A stretch of 64,000 nucleotides of DNA from Octopus bimaculoides (GCF_001194135.2 NC_069001.1:36700351-36764350), one strand, 5' to 3'. Counted from the first letter of the stretch, positions 12,991 through 25,870 are shown. The notes: generated from the sequence alone by a model not told the origin. Numbers and translations are program-made.

Positions 12991-14984
12991 TCAACCTAGA
13001 AAATCAATAGACAGATTCAGTTGTGTAACAGTTGTTAATATATTGTTTGTTTACCCTGGCACACCGCTTTTAAATAAAAAAAAGATGTTTGTATAGTCGT
13101 TTAATTGGACACTAGTTAATATTTTAACGACTTTATGAACCATACAATCTTAGTTAAATTTGATCTGAACGGTTGATGTTCATATATTGATCACTTAAAT
13201 CACACAAGGGCACACATTTTGTAGTAAAAACATATACAGTCGTTTGAATAGCTCCTATGGACTAGTACTTATTAATTTACTGTCGTCATGGATCACGAAA
13301 GAATAAAATGCAAATTCCGTTTATACAGCAGTTTTTCATATATTAAAAGTTTCAAAACTTACCCACCATCGTTGCAATAAAACAGGAACAAGATTTTACA
13401 CAACACAAGCACAAAAATACGTTGAAGACGTTTTAAAATGTTAGAGACGCTTGTGATGGTCTTTTATTTCGTTTCGCTTATTTTGTGTTCATAGATGTTG
13501 TTTTCTGTTTTTTTTCGTCGAACACAAAGAGAACGTTTTAGGAACATGTGACTAAAAAGAGAACGTCAGTGGCTAACTGTGGTTATTATTAATACTATTC
13601 CTAAGGCAGCGAGCCAGCAGAATCGTTAGCACGCCAAGCAAGTTGCAAAAGTATTTTAGGCTTTGTTACTGTAGTAGAAAAGATTATTACTTGTATACAA
13701 CATTTCATTATTTACGTTCATCGTTTTGGGATACCCGCGAATCTTCATAAAGTTTCTGACACTTTTTGGACCGACCTACTCTCAGACTAGAATGCTACGA
13801 CAGAGTGAGTTCCGTGAAATAACCCAAACTTCAGGAAGTGGCGTAAAATTGGACGATAAATAAAGTTTACCAAACAAGAGAACATTTATATTTTCAGTTT
13901 ATTTATTTATCTATTTATTTATTTGTAATTGATAATTTTTATTGCTATATTTCTCGGAAGAGATAATCTTTGGTCCGCGTTGTTCCACAGTGTTAGTAAT
14001 AAGATTTGTGAATTCCACAGTCAAACTATCACTCAGCGGTAGGGGAAAAAATAGCAAATGATACTCAGGCCACTGCTGTTTCTAAACACCTAAGATATAG
14101 TCACAACCACAACAACAACAATGACAGTCGCAGACAGAGCTACAATAACAATAACAAACATCTGAGCTACAGAAAAAGTACCAGGCTCAAAAAATAAGTC
14201 CTGGGGTCGATTGGTTCGACTAAAATTCTTCAAAGCCATGCCCCAGCATGGCCACAATCTAATGACCGAAACGAGTGATGGATAAAATGTAAATCAATGC
14301 ATTCGTAGTCTGTCGTTGCTGCAGTTGACTCCCCTGATTGGCTCTGATGATCTCGTGTCATGTCTATTTGTTCCCATTCGTCATTTCTTCGCTTACATTG
14401 CCCAATTCATTTTCAGAATTCCAATTCCTAGCCTTAGATCCTACACTAATAACTCAAACCAATTATTTCTCGATTCTTGCAGAACGTCATTTCTTTAGAA
14501 TTCCCCCTCCCTGCCAATTTTTTTCCTACAGCCATCTTCTAGCTTCACGAGAAGAACATTAACCGCCGGTCTCAATGGTCTTTGGAGGGTCTGCGAAGGT
14601 CATGGGCACAGCCGTTCCCTCGAAGCCACACCATTATGAAAAACAAAACAACAATATTACTGTACATGAGAGACTGGTGTGGAAAGCAGTTCCAAGGTAT
14701 CTGAAGAACCAACAAAATCAAAACCAAATTAAGATACTGAATTTAGGTGCTTTTGTATGGTTCGGTTTAAGTCGGTTCACATTTCTCATTTGCAAAATCT
14801 CATTTTTATTCTATCATTTAAAAATTAAAAATAACTGTAAAAAGTAAAACACTGCAAACAAAGAATCTGGCTTCGGCGACACCTTAACACCATCACTTCT
14901 TCTCCTACTACTACTAATACTTCTACTAAATGCATTTTGTCCACCGCTTTCACAATGCTGCCAATCCACCACCCTTATAATTGT

Positions 14985-15608
14985 TTCTAGTTAAGACACA
15001 AGGCCAACAGTTTTGGAGTAAGTGGGGTTAATCGATTACATCGACCCGAGTACTTGACTGGTACTTTATTTCATGGAGCTCTAAAAGAATGCAAAGTTGG
15101 CCTCTGAAACAAATGTCGCGGAGCATTTTCTTCGACGCTATAACGACTCTGTCCTTTTAATAATAGTTTAATATTTTGACACACGATCAAGAATTTTAGT
15201 GGGGGAGGGGCTTAAATCGTTTACATCAGCTGGTACTTATTTTATCAACCCAGAAAGGATGAAATGCAAAATCGATCTAGGTAGATTTTTAAACTCAGAA
15301 CGTAAATAGTCGAAAGGTATGCCGCTCAGCATTTTCTCACCAACGTGTTAATGATTCTGCTAGCTCACCGACTCTCACAGTCCTTTAATAATCGCTCCTA
15401 CTATAGGCAGGAGGCCTAGGATTTTGCGGAAGAGGGGCTAGTCAATTACACCGACCGCAATGTTTGGCTGTTACTTATTTTGTCGACACTGAAAGGATGA
15501 AATTCAAAGTCGACCTCAACGGAATTTGAACCCAGAACACAAAGCTGGAAGAGATGCTGCTTTGCATTTTGTGTGGTGCGCTAACGATTCTAACAGATCA
15601 CCGCCTTA
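14985..15608 (-). mobile_element. Three head-to-tail family A SINEs
   Basis: About 14985-15150, 15165-15372 and 15385-15608, separated by short AAT-rich spacers. Confidence 0.85.
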
Positions 15609-15748
15609 ATTATCTATTTAATAGTAAAATTGTATAAAATTGTATAAATATGTACCTAATGCGATGCATAACCGCATCCTAGCTACAACCATCTGGGACA
15701 GGGATCTCCTTGTCAGTCTGCTGACTAACAAGGGGATCGAAGTAAATC

Positions 15749-16007
15749 TTTTTTTTTTCTCGCCCTTTTAAAGCCTAGCCAGGCTCATGGGCCCGGTTTC
15801 CCGGTTTCAATGGCGTATGTGCTCCCCAGCTGGACGGGACGCCAGTCCATTGCAGCGTTACTCATTTTTGCCAGCTGAGTGGACTGGGGCAACGTGAAAT
15901 GAAGTGTTTTGCTCAAGAACACAACGCGTCGCCCGGTCCAGGAATCGAAACCACAATCTTACGATCATGATGCTGACACCCTAACCACTAAGCCACGTGC
16001 CTCCACA
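15749..16007 (-). mobile_element. Family B SINE with poly(A) tail and 13-bp target-site duplication
   Basis: TSD atcgaagtaaatc at 15736-15748 and 16008-16020. The T-run from 15749 is the tail; the tRNA-like head is at the right end. Confidence 0.9.
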
Positions 16008-16779
16008 ATCGAAGTAAATCACCCAACTATAAATACCAAAAACTACAATAGAAGTTTTTGCAGACTGATAGATATCCGAATACCTTTTGACTTAAATATC
16101 ACCCCGAAAAAAAAGCGAAGAAACTGTCAAAACACAAGCACCTTGAAACCGTACTAAACAGAGTGAAATATGAAAGTCAATACCGATGCTAGAGAAATCG
16201 TAGCACAAGCTATGATAGGAAAAAAAATCCTGAGTAAAAACTTTTTTACACATCGTCTAAGAGTATCAATCATACTAACATTCCATGACACTTTAATAGC
16301 ACAATTCTCCCAGTATATACGCAATACATGTGATATTATCAACGTGACTCTTGCTTAAAGTTTCTGGTTTTGTGAAAAATTAATATTGATTACCTGATAT
16401 ATACAGCTACATACATGTAATCATTAAAGCTTAGATATAGCATTCAATATTCTCAGTGTTATAATTTCAGTCTTTGTGGTCCGCCCAACTTATGACCTAT
16501 ATTTCAGTAAATGTACTTTGTACATTTTGTAATGTAAAACTTTAGGTTTTCGAATTCTCCTGAAAAGGTCGTAGAGTCACTGAAGACCACACGTAAGCCT
16601 ACTTATTTCTGTTGAAGAAGTGATGTCTATCAGCATTGTAGCATCAAGAACTTACTGAACACGTAATCTTTATGTATAGTCGCAGTCCTTTAATTCATAA
16701 TGGGTTCTTGACTTCGTTTCACAAGTAATTTTTTTCTGCATCGTTTTCCCTGAGTTATACTCTCAGATTATGGACAACT

Positions 16780-17035
16780 CTTCTATATGATGTAGAATCG
16801 ATAAAGGCCCAGTATCTTATATCTTTTACATGTTTCGCTCATTAGACGGTGATCATACTGGGGCACCACCTTGAAAGGTTTTACTCGAACGAATCAGCCC
16901 TGGGGCTTATTATATCTTAAGCTTACTACTTATTCTATCGGTCTCTTTTGCTGAACCACTAAGTTATCGGGATATAAATACACCGACACCGGTTGTCAAA
17001 CGATGGTGGAGGAACAAACACAGACACAGAGACAC

Positions 17036-17083
<48 letters not shown>

Positions 17084-17300
17084 CGGTTCGGCAAAAGAGA
17101 CCGATAGAATAAGTACTAGGCTTCCAAAGAATAAGTCCTGGGGTCGATTTGCTCGACTAAAGGCGGTGCTCCAGCATGGCCTCAGTCAAATGACTGAAAC
17201 AGGTAAAGAGAGTAAAGAGTATATATGCACAGGCTTCTTTCAGTTTCCGTCTACCAAATCAACTCACAAGACTTTGGTCGGCCCGAAGCTATAGGGATGC
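16780..17300. mobile_element. Family C SINE fragments in opposite orientations around a (TA)n tract
   Basis: Tail half on minus at about 16780-17040, tail half on plus at about 17080-17220, then a head fragment. Confidence 0.75.
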
Positions 17301-18401
17301 TTGAGGGCCGAAAGGATGCCTGGGAGTCGCAGTTGAGAACTGCTGCGCTAGCTCACTGACCTTGTTGTTTAACTCCGAGTGACAACTCATCGAGTGGACC
17401 CATAAACGAAGGTATTCCGGGAGCGACGTCTACATTATTTATTTAGACATTTACTATCATAGTATCTAGGGCTATATTATTGGCTATATTTTAAAGCAGG
17501 AGAGATATAAAGGGTCCCTTCGATCATGAATGACCATGGGGTTGCACTTAGAAAGTTATCCTCCGTTGCACAAGTCCGGGCAAGGTTGTTTATGGAAGAC
17601 TAGTAGTCGCTCATGCATAACAGCTTCCACTTTCCACTCTCTCACAAATCCTATCAATAAAATTCTCCATGATTATTTGATTTTGATGTTCACCTTGTTT
17701 TCTAAAGAACTTATTTACAAATGGACAAAAAGTCATTAGACAAAAAAAAAATCATCGGATAAAGAGAGATAAGACCAAAAGACGTGGACGAAGTGGTGTT
17801 GGAGAAAGTGACATCAGACGAAAAGTCGAGTCACCCTCCGTCGGTTACGGCGACGAGTGTTCCAGTCGATCCAATCAACAGAACACCACGCTACTCGAGA
17901 AACTAGCGTGCAAGTGGTTGATCACTTCGCAGACACGCGTACCTTCAGCGTAGATCTCGGCGGGGTTCAGTGTGACACAGAATGTAACAAGGCTAGTCCT
18001 TTGAAATACAGGTACAATTCATTTTTGCAAGCTGAATGAACTGGAGCAACGTGAAATATAAAAATGTATTGCTCAAGAAGACAACACAGTGCCGGGTGTC
18101 GAACTCATAGCCTTACGATCGTGAGTCACATACCCTTAACCACTAAGTCACGCGCATTCACAATAGACAACATTATACCATATTGGTTATATTATCCTTA
18201 TCATTCTTTAATTCTTTTACCTGTTTCAGTTATTTGACTGCGGTCATGCTGGAACATCACATTGAAAGATTTTACCCCAGGACTTATTTTTAAAGCCTAA
18301 TACTTATATTATCGGTCTCTTTTGCCGAACCGCTACGTTACGAGGAAGTAAACACCAACACCGGTTGTTAAGCGACGATGGGGAATAAACACACACACAA
18401 A

Positions 18402-18452
<51 letters not shown>

Positions 18453-18492
18453 GCATGCATACATACATACATACATACATACATACATGTCT

Positions 18493-19040
18493 CTTTGGTC
18501 AGCTGAAAGCATTTATGGCACAAAATTGGCAGACACGCGTCTCCCAACCGAATCTTCAGTGATAGTGGACTTAACTGAACCGTAACTTATCTACACATTC
18601 TCTGATAGCTCACAGATGGTGATTCGACGATTTCCCTTAACAGCCGGCCGCACATCTGCGAAGTTTTTCTCGGTTCTGCTGGTTGCAGGTCTCCCAGAAC
18701 GTTCGTCACTATCGACATTTTTTCGGCCATTTAGAAAAGTCTGAATCACTCGTACACTTTTGTGCTATTTATACATTACTTTACATACCCTTTCTGCAAC
18801 TTTGCGTGGGCCTCTGAACAGATATCGCCGTGACAGCTTTTTCTGTCATGGTCAACGCGACGATCACACGTTACACATGTTATTTCTAAGCTCTGTTGTA
18901 AACAGAAATGAGCTGGAAGAATCAAACTTAGTGTGCATTCACAACAGATGGCAATGTCAGTCTGTGCCAAGCGGCTTTACGCTGCGTGCCTTAGCTTCGT
19001 TGCTATGTCAACAGTCCGGATACTTATTGATCAGACCTCA
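18493..19040 (-). mobile_element. Mariner transposon relic (5' TIR and N-terminal transposase)
   Basis: Minus strand: TA|tgaggtctgatcaataagtatccggactg TIR; GDICSEAHAKLQK..KVYE*F..GRKNVDSDERSGRPATSRTE..NRRITICELS..ISYGSV..RRVSANFVP*MLSADQ. Confidence 0.85.
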
Positions 19041-19049
19041 TATATATAT

Positions 19050-19369
19050 GTATACTCTTTTACTTGTTTCAGTCATTTGACTGCGGCCATGCTGGAGCAC
19101 CACCTTTAGTCAAGCAAATCGACCCCAGGACTTATTCTTTGGAAGCCTAGTACTTATTCTATCGGTCTCTTTTGCCGAACCACTAAGTTATGGGGACGAC
19201 AAACACAGACACACAAACACACACACGACAAACACAGACACACAAACACACACACACANNNNNNNNNNNNNNNNNNNNNNNNNNNNNNNNNNNNNNNNNN
19301 NNNNNNNNNNNNNNNNNNNNNNNNNNNNNNNNNNNNNNNNNNNNNNNNNNNNNNNNNNNNNNNNNNNNN

Positions 19370-19405
<36 letters not shown>

Positions 19406-19752
19406 CGACGGGCTTCTTTCAGTTTCCGTCTACTAAATCCACTCACAAGGCTTTGGTCGGCTCGAGGCTATAGTAGAAGACACTTGCCCAAGGTGCCATG
19501 CAGTGGGACTGAACCCGGAACCATGTGGTTGGTAAGCAAGCTACTTACCACACAGCCACTCCTGCGCCTATATATATATATATATATACGACGAGCTTCT
19601 TTCAGTTTCCGTCTACCAAATCCACTCACAAGGATTTGGTCGTCCTGAGGCTATAGTAGAAGACACTTGCCCAAGGTGCTTCGCAGTGAGACTGAACCCA
19701 GAACCATGTGGTTGAGAAGCAAGCTTCTTACCATACAACCATGTTTGTGCCT
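19050..19752 (-). mobile_element. Family C SINE (tRNA head, CORE-like segment, internal CA/TA microsatellite) plus a tandem second head half
   Basis: Minus head aggcgcaggagtggctgtgtggtaag...ggttcagtccc, then ggcaccttgggcaagtgtct, similar to the CORE motif. Assignment to the octopus OR2/CORE-SINE is inference. Other copies or fragments near 18210, 25255, 27150, 29895, 35650, 36115, 39995, 50478, 53595, 56368, 57860 and 61915. Confidence 0.85.
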
Positions 19753-20864
19753 ATATAAGATTATGTTATCTTGTACGTCCTTGGTGAGTGATTAGTCTTC
19801 TGTTTCTAACAGATCGAGCGACCTTGCACGAGTTTCATCAAAAGATGGAGTGGCTACGTGTAGAACGCTTTTGACTATAGGTCTGCTAGAACAAGTTTCA
19901 CGAGTGCAACATATCATGGAATGTTAACGAAGTTCGCTAAATGAAATATACAGGAGTTGAGGACCACGACCACCCGTATCATCATAAAAGGGAAAATGTC
20001 GCGATAAAAGGCTTTAATGCCCATGTAAATATAACTCGATTAATCAGGGCTGGCTGACTTCTTATTGAAAAAGTGGCAAACTTCACTTTCTGAAAGTAAT
20101 CAAAAACTCTTCAGTTTCAAATCTGGGTCCTGGGTTTTGCAGTCACTATTGCAATTTTTCTTTGTTAGATCTATTTTCACGTTGTTCAACATTTTTCTTT
20201 TCTTTTCCTTTTTTTTTTTTCGTTTTCTTTTCAGATATTAGCCATGAATAAGGGACGTTCCCTAACACCCTCCTTTTAATAACTTCATTTTTTGGTGCTT
20301 AATTCTTTTCTGTTTCTTATTCTATTTTACTTTTTATTTGCTTTTGCAATCTCTATCAGTTTTCTCCTTTCTTCTCACTGCTATCTGCCGCTTATCTTCT
20401 ACTTATTGGCGTCTTTGTTTTATTGTAATTCATAGGTATTTATTGTATACATCCCGACTCATTATACCAGAATGTGTGAGGCGTATTCTAAAAGAAGTCA
20501 ATAAAATTTGTTTGTGTTTCTCTTTTTCCACAACCAGTGGAACGCGAAGCGCTCCTCACGTCCGCGGGTTCGTGAGATGGCTGTGATCTGTAGACAGTTT
20601 TGAGTAGGAATCGGAAAGAGACGTATGAACGCGCAAGGTGCATATGTAGACTGGATTCGTATAACGGATGAGAAGAATAAAAACGCAATGCGCATGTTAA
20701 ACAAGTTATATGAAGGTCTGCATGCCACGTCTGACACCACTACCACGCAACTTTGCTACAATATTTTTACTTCTTTATTGTCCAGTCTAATTATTTGATT
20801 AATTATCCAGTTGAGAATATTAGTACTATAGTTTATTACTGAAATACCTAGAATGATTTACTTT

Positions 20865-21078
20865 CTCTTTCTGCTATAGGCAAAAGGCTTCAGTTTGGTG
20901 GAGACTGGGGTTTGTCGACTGCATCGAATTCAAGTGCTCGATTGATGCTTATTTTATCAGCCCCGAGAGGATGAAAGGTAAAGTCTACGTCAGTGGAAAC
21001 TGAACTCAGAACGTAAGACCGGAAGAAATACCGCTAAATATTTTGCCCGGAGTGCTAACCACTCTGTCCGCTCACCTT
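20865..21078 (-). mobile_element. Family A SINE
   Basis: Matches the family A consensus on the minus strand. Confidence 0.85.
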
Positions 21079-21083
21079 ATATA

Positions 21084-21742
21084 CAGGAGTTGGACTTAAT
21101 AATGGAAGCACCTTAAAATTTCAGACAAATTTATTTTAATATGGGATAGGTCCTATAATTACTGTAATTACTGCGTTTGGCAGTAATTACAGCTTCAATT
21201 CTACGAGGCATGGACTGGTACAAAGTTTGAATTGTTTCGAAATGAATTTTTGTCCATTCTTCAGCTAAAACAGTCTCCAGTTCTTGTAGTGATGATGGTG
21301 GAGGATATCGACTCCTTACTTGTTTTTTCTAAAATGCACCATAAATGTCCAATAATATTGAAATCTGGGGACTGTGGTGGCCAGATAAGATGTTCAACTT
21401 CACTAGAATATTCCTCGGGCCATTCAGTAACAACTTTAGCTGTGTAAATTGGTAAATTACCATCTTGAAAGTTCCGCAATCAAAGGATGAATTTGATCAG
21501 ATAAAATGCTTAAATAGTCTTGACTTAATTCTGCCATGAAGCGAAACTATTGGGCCGGCGGATTTCCAAGATATAGCCTCTCAGATCATCACAGATCCTC
21601 CTCTTTGTTTAACAGTTGGAAGAAGGCAGTCTGAGTAAAATGCTTCTTTTGTCTGTCTCCACACGTATACTTGGCCGGTGATTGGAAATAAGGAAAAGGA
21701 TGACTCCTCCGAGAAAATAACATTCTTCCACTTCCATTTTTT
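21084..21742 (-). mobile_element. Tc1-family transposon relic (DD34E transposase pseudogene and one terminus)
   Basis: Minus strand: WKNVIFSEES..VYVWRQ..TVKQRGGSVMI*..FQDGNLPIYTAKVVTEW..LIWPPQSPDFNIIGHLW. All three catalytic acidic positions appear altered. TA|caggagttggac terminus at 21082-21095. Confidence 0.9.
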
Positions 21743-22518
21743 ATATATAAAACATATAGCGGCCTACATACACTTTAGTCTCTTATAAGTAAGTATATAC
21801 TTATCTAAACCTTGTACGACTCTCTTCTTCCTTTCTTTTATTCTTTCCTTCTTTCTATCAGCCGTTTCACGCTTACTTCGTTCATTCCACTCTTCGTTCT
21901 TTCGTTCTCCCTCTCTCACATTTCATTGCCTTCTCTTCTTGCTCACTTTCCATCCTCTTTTCACTTCACTGTGTTCCTGCCCTTTCTTTCTCGCCCCTCC
22001 TTATTTTTTCTGTCCCTCTGCCTCCACCTCTCTCTCTTCTCTCCCCACGTGACCGATGTTCAGCCAAGCCTGACCTTTCTTTCTTGATTCGGTCGCCTGC
22101 CGTGCAACGTCTATATTCCTCCCTGTACCTATGAAATCTTGTATCCCTGCCGTAAGGCTTTACTTCCACACACGCCAGCTTAATTTAATTCGTCCTTAGT
22201 CGAAAGACACCTGTTGTTATCTCCTGTTATTTGTATTTGTGTAAAATTCTCCGTTTCTTTCCGTCCTTGTTTTGTTTGTATCGTCTATCTGGCTGTTTTG
22301 CGTTCTTGTCCCATTTTGCATTTTTATATATAAAACATATAGCGGTGTGCANNNNNNNNNNNNNNNNNNNNNNNNNNNNNNNNNNNNNNNNNNNNNNNNN
22401 NNNNNNNNNNNNNNNNNNNNNNNNNNNNNNNNNNNNNNNNNNNNNNNNNNNNNNNNNNNNNNNNNNNNNNNNNNNNNNNNNNNNNNNNNNNNNNNNNNNN
22501 NNNNNNNNNNNNNNNNNN

Positions 22519-22556
<38 letters not shown>

Positions 22557-22559
22557 GGT

Positions 22560-23386
22560 CCGAAGGCATTACAATCCGCGTGTCACAGATAGTGAAAGAC
22601 TATGTGCAACGACGCATCATTTTATATGCACTTTACCAAGATGGCAGCAAAGTGCAGACAACTGGCAAGATGGATACTGTGGTCCTTCAAGACAAGAGAC
22701 CAAGAAATTACGTTGACGACGTGGAGAATCTTTCTTCTCAGCCGCCTGGTCTGCTGCTCCCAGTTATGGTCACCACATAGTGCCAAACTAACACCGGAGG
22801 TTGAAGCAATCCAACGCCATTACACTAAAAAGATTAAAACAGTGCAGCGGATGAGCTACAGAGATTGGCTGAGGAAACTACAGCTTTACTCACTTGAACG
22901 AAGGTGTGAGAGATATGTAATAATGTACATATGGAAAATTGTAGAAGGGCTAGTACCTAATTTCGGTATTGAGTGTTATATAAATGCCAGAACTGGCCGC
23001 CATTGTATTGTACCACTCCATCTAAATTCCATCCACTCCATCTAAATTCAGGACCAGGTAATGCAATAGTCTAGGGTTCAAAGGTCCACAGCCCTGCGAC
23101 AAAAATCAAGGAAACTGCTTAAGATGGAAGTAGATGCCTTCAAAAAGAAACTAGACATCCTCCACTCCACAATACCGGGTGAACAACCCACATGGGGTGC
23201 AGACGAGGGCGGCGGAATCAAACTTCCTTATACACCAAATGGGCCAACAGCTGGGATAAAGGCATAAACAGGAGTGGTGATGTGAAACATCCCAGACTGA
23301 GGAAATCAAAAAGACCATGGTAGTGCACCAGCATGACCGCAGCTGCAAAGCTGAAACGAGTAAAATAATGAAAGAATAAAAGAATA
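22560..23386 (+). mobile_element. CR1-clade LINE 3' fragment (RT C-terminus and 3' UTR)
   Basis: AAKCRQLARWILWSFKTRD..CSQLWSP..EAIQRHYTKKI..LYSLERRCERY..WKIVEGLVPN..GRHC, followed by a 3' tail ending in aataaaagaata. Confidence 0.9.
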
Positions 23387-24329
23387 TATGTGCGTATGTG
23401 TCTGTATATATATATATATATATNNNNNNNNNNNNNNNNNNNNNNNNNNNNNNNNNNNNNNNNNNNNNNNNNNNNNNNNNNNNNNNNNNNNNNNNNNNNN
23501 NNNNNNNNNNNNNNNNNNNNNNNNNNNNNNNNNNNNNNNNNNNNNNNNNNNNNNNNNNNNNNNNNNNNNNNNNNNNNNNNNNNNNNNNNNNNNNNNNNNN
23601 NNNNNNNNNNNNNNNNNNNNNNNNNNNNNNNNNNNNNNNNNNNNNNNNNNNNNNNNNNNNNNNNNNNNNNNNNNNNNNNNNNNNNNNNNNNNNNNNNNNN
23701 NNNNNNNNNNNNNNNNNNNNNNNNNNNNNNNNNNNNNNNNNNNNNNNNNNNNNNNNNNNNNNNNNNNNNNNNNNNNNNNNNNNATATATATATATATAAT
23801 GATTATACGTATATGGCAGAGACAGTGAGAACATCGCTAATTTAAAGAAAAATTTGCACCCTAATGGATTGTGTTCAAAGGAGTTCTAAACTTTCTGTGT
23901 TGAGTGTCCTGTTGCAATTCTAAATCGAAATGCTTCTACCCATACAGCTATTGATAGCAATAAAAATGACACCTGTCGTTTGATGTGAGAACTTGTAGCC
24001 TCGCTAAAGGAAATGCAATCGATTTTTTGTATAACAATTTTCTTTTGATATATGGAAGTATCGATCATGGGCGTAAACAATATAGCAGACTGCTACATTA
24101 CTGTTAATTGCTTTTTTTTTCGTGTTTTTATTTCGCTTATTTAAATGAGTCTGAGCTCCTGAGTGAGTAGACATTTTTTATTCTTTATATCTATTCTATA
24201 TTTTTTTTCTATCGCTGGTTTCATTTGCAGATGGACGAAAATGCAGGAGTACCACCTGCCAGGACATTTTGTCGATTATATTGACTCTAATACTTTCCGC
24301 ACAGATATGTGTGTATATCTGTGTGTGAA

Positions 24330-24623
24330 TATCTGATATGTGTGTGTATGTGTGTGAGAATATCTGAAATAAACTCGACTGTTCTCACGAACGAGAGTAA
24401 TAAATATGAACCCGGCCGCTCTCAAAAATTATGTAAAAAAGCAACGGAAAAATAATCCTTGTCCGGTTCCGGATCAATCTAATCAATTCGTGTCAGTCAC
24501 ATGACCAAACCTCTCTGAAAGTTTCATCCGAATCTATCCAGCGGTTCTTGAGATATCTTGTTCACGGACAAACAAACAAACAAACACAACTGAAAACAAT
24601 ACTTCCGCCTTCGCTAGGGCGGA

Positions 24624-24629
<6 letters not shown>
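24330..24629 (-). mobile_element. DINE-1/HINE-like non-autonomous Helentron-type element
   Basis: Minus strand starts attacctccgcc-ctagcgaa-ggcggaagt (subterminal inverted repeat, 24602-24625), then (GTTT)n and gatatctcaagaaccgctggatagattcggatgaaacttt. The left boundary is approximate. Confidence 0.6.
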
Positions 24630-24684
<55 letters not shown>

Positions 24685-24937
24685 ATAACAATAACAATAT
24701 GTTCAGGACCTATCTATAAAGGTAAAGAGATTGTGAAACACAATATAAGCAGTTCTAGAAATTGGTTCCCCTAGCACAGCAACAAACTTCTACCAAAGAG
24801 ACTGAAGGATACTGGAATCAAAACATGAATTAGCAGCCTGCAAGAAGTGTCCAAACTGTATTTTTCAAGTATTTTAAGATTTTTGAGATTTGAGTAGACT
24901 TGTGGTCAACAAGCTTCAGGATAATACCCGTTATTAA

Positions 24938-25227
24938 CCCATTACCTCCCATAATTCTATTAACTGGAATTTTTTATGAAACTTTGATTTCTAGCATAAA
25001 ACAGCGTTAGAAACATGCTGGAATGATCAAAATAACATTTCAAAATAACATTTTAAATAGAAATAAGCGAGATATTGGGTGAAAAATAAGCAAACCTCAT
25101 TTGAATATCAGACAAATATACCTAGTAGATAATAGCAAAAGGGTTAGATATGTGTAAATATTAACAGATAATTACGAAATTTGTAATTTTTAAGTGATCT
25201 CATATGAGATTACTGGTAGGTAATGGG
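24938..25227. mobile_element. piggyBac-like MITE (290 bp)
   Basis: TTAA|CCCATTACCTCCC ... GGTAGGTAATGGG|TTAA: 13-bp TIR with 1 mismatch, TTAA on both sides. Confidence 0.85.
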
Positions 25228-25487
25228 TTAAATTAGCATGTTATGGCTTTTACTTTTTACCTCTTACTTTTTCTAGTCGTTGTACTGTGACCATGCTGGG
25301 GCACCACCTTGAAGGGTTTAGTCGAACAAATCAACGTCAGTACTTATTTTTAAGTCTATGCCTCTTTTATCGGTGGTTTTTGCCGAACCACTAAATTATG
25401 GGGATATAAACAAACCAACATTGGTTTTCAAACTGTGTGGCAAGTTGGGTGACAAGCACAAACACAAAGGCACACACCCATACATAC

Positions 25488-25500
<13 letters not shown>

Positions 25501-25575
<75 letters not shown>
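25501..25575. repeat. (TA)n microsatellite abutting NAV coding sequence
   Basis: Directly visible. Confidence 0.98.
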
Positions 25576-25576
<1 letters not shown>

Positions 25577-25577
<1 letters not shown>

Positions 25578-25870
25578 CAAAAAAAAATAAACATGGATCT
25601 ATGTCAGACGTGGAACCAGATACCACTAGTCTAAGATCTAATTGTTCTGCTCCAAATTCTCCTCTTTTACAACTTTCACATCTTAATCGCCCAGGATCTA
25701 TCAAGGGGCCACATTCTTCTGGAGCAATTTGCGAATCGGAGGACTCGACTGTCAGTGAACTGCGCAAACAACTCCGTGAAAAAGACATGAAGTTGACAGA
25801 TATACGCCTCGAAGCATTAACCTCAGCTCATCAGCTCGAGCAATTACGAGAAACCATGAATAAAATGAGG
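25577..25870 (+). CDS. NAV: Neuron navigator exon, 5'-truncated (AKKNKHGSMSDVE...ELRKQLREKDMKLTDIRLEALTSAHQLEQLRETMNKMR)
   Basis: KDMKLTDIRLEAL.SAHQL.QLRE.MN.M is the NAV/unc-53 coiled-coil signature. Donor AGG|gttagt, phase 0. No acceptor visible. Confidence 0.93.

Noticed and set aside
24200-24320. Strong-looking acceptor at 24230 (also one near 20233) as upstream NAV exons
   Set aside because: No good donor and no NAV similarity in any frame.
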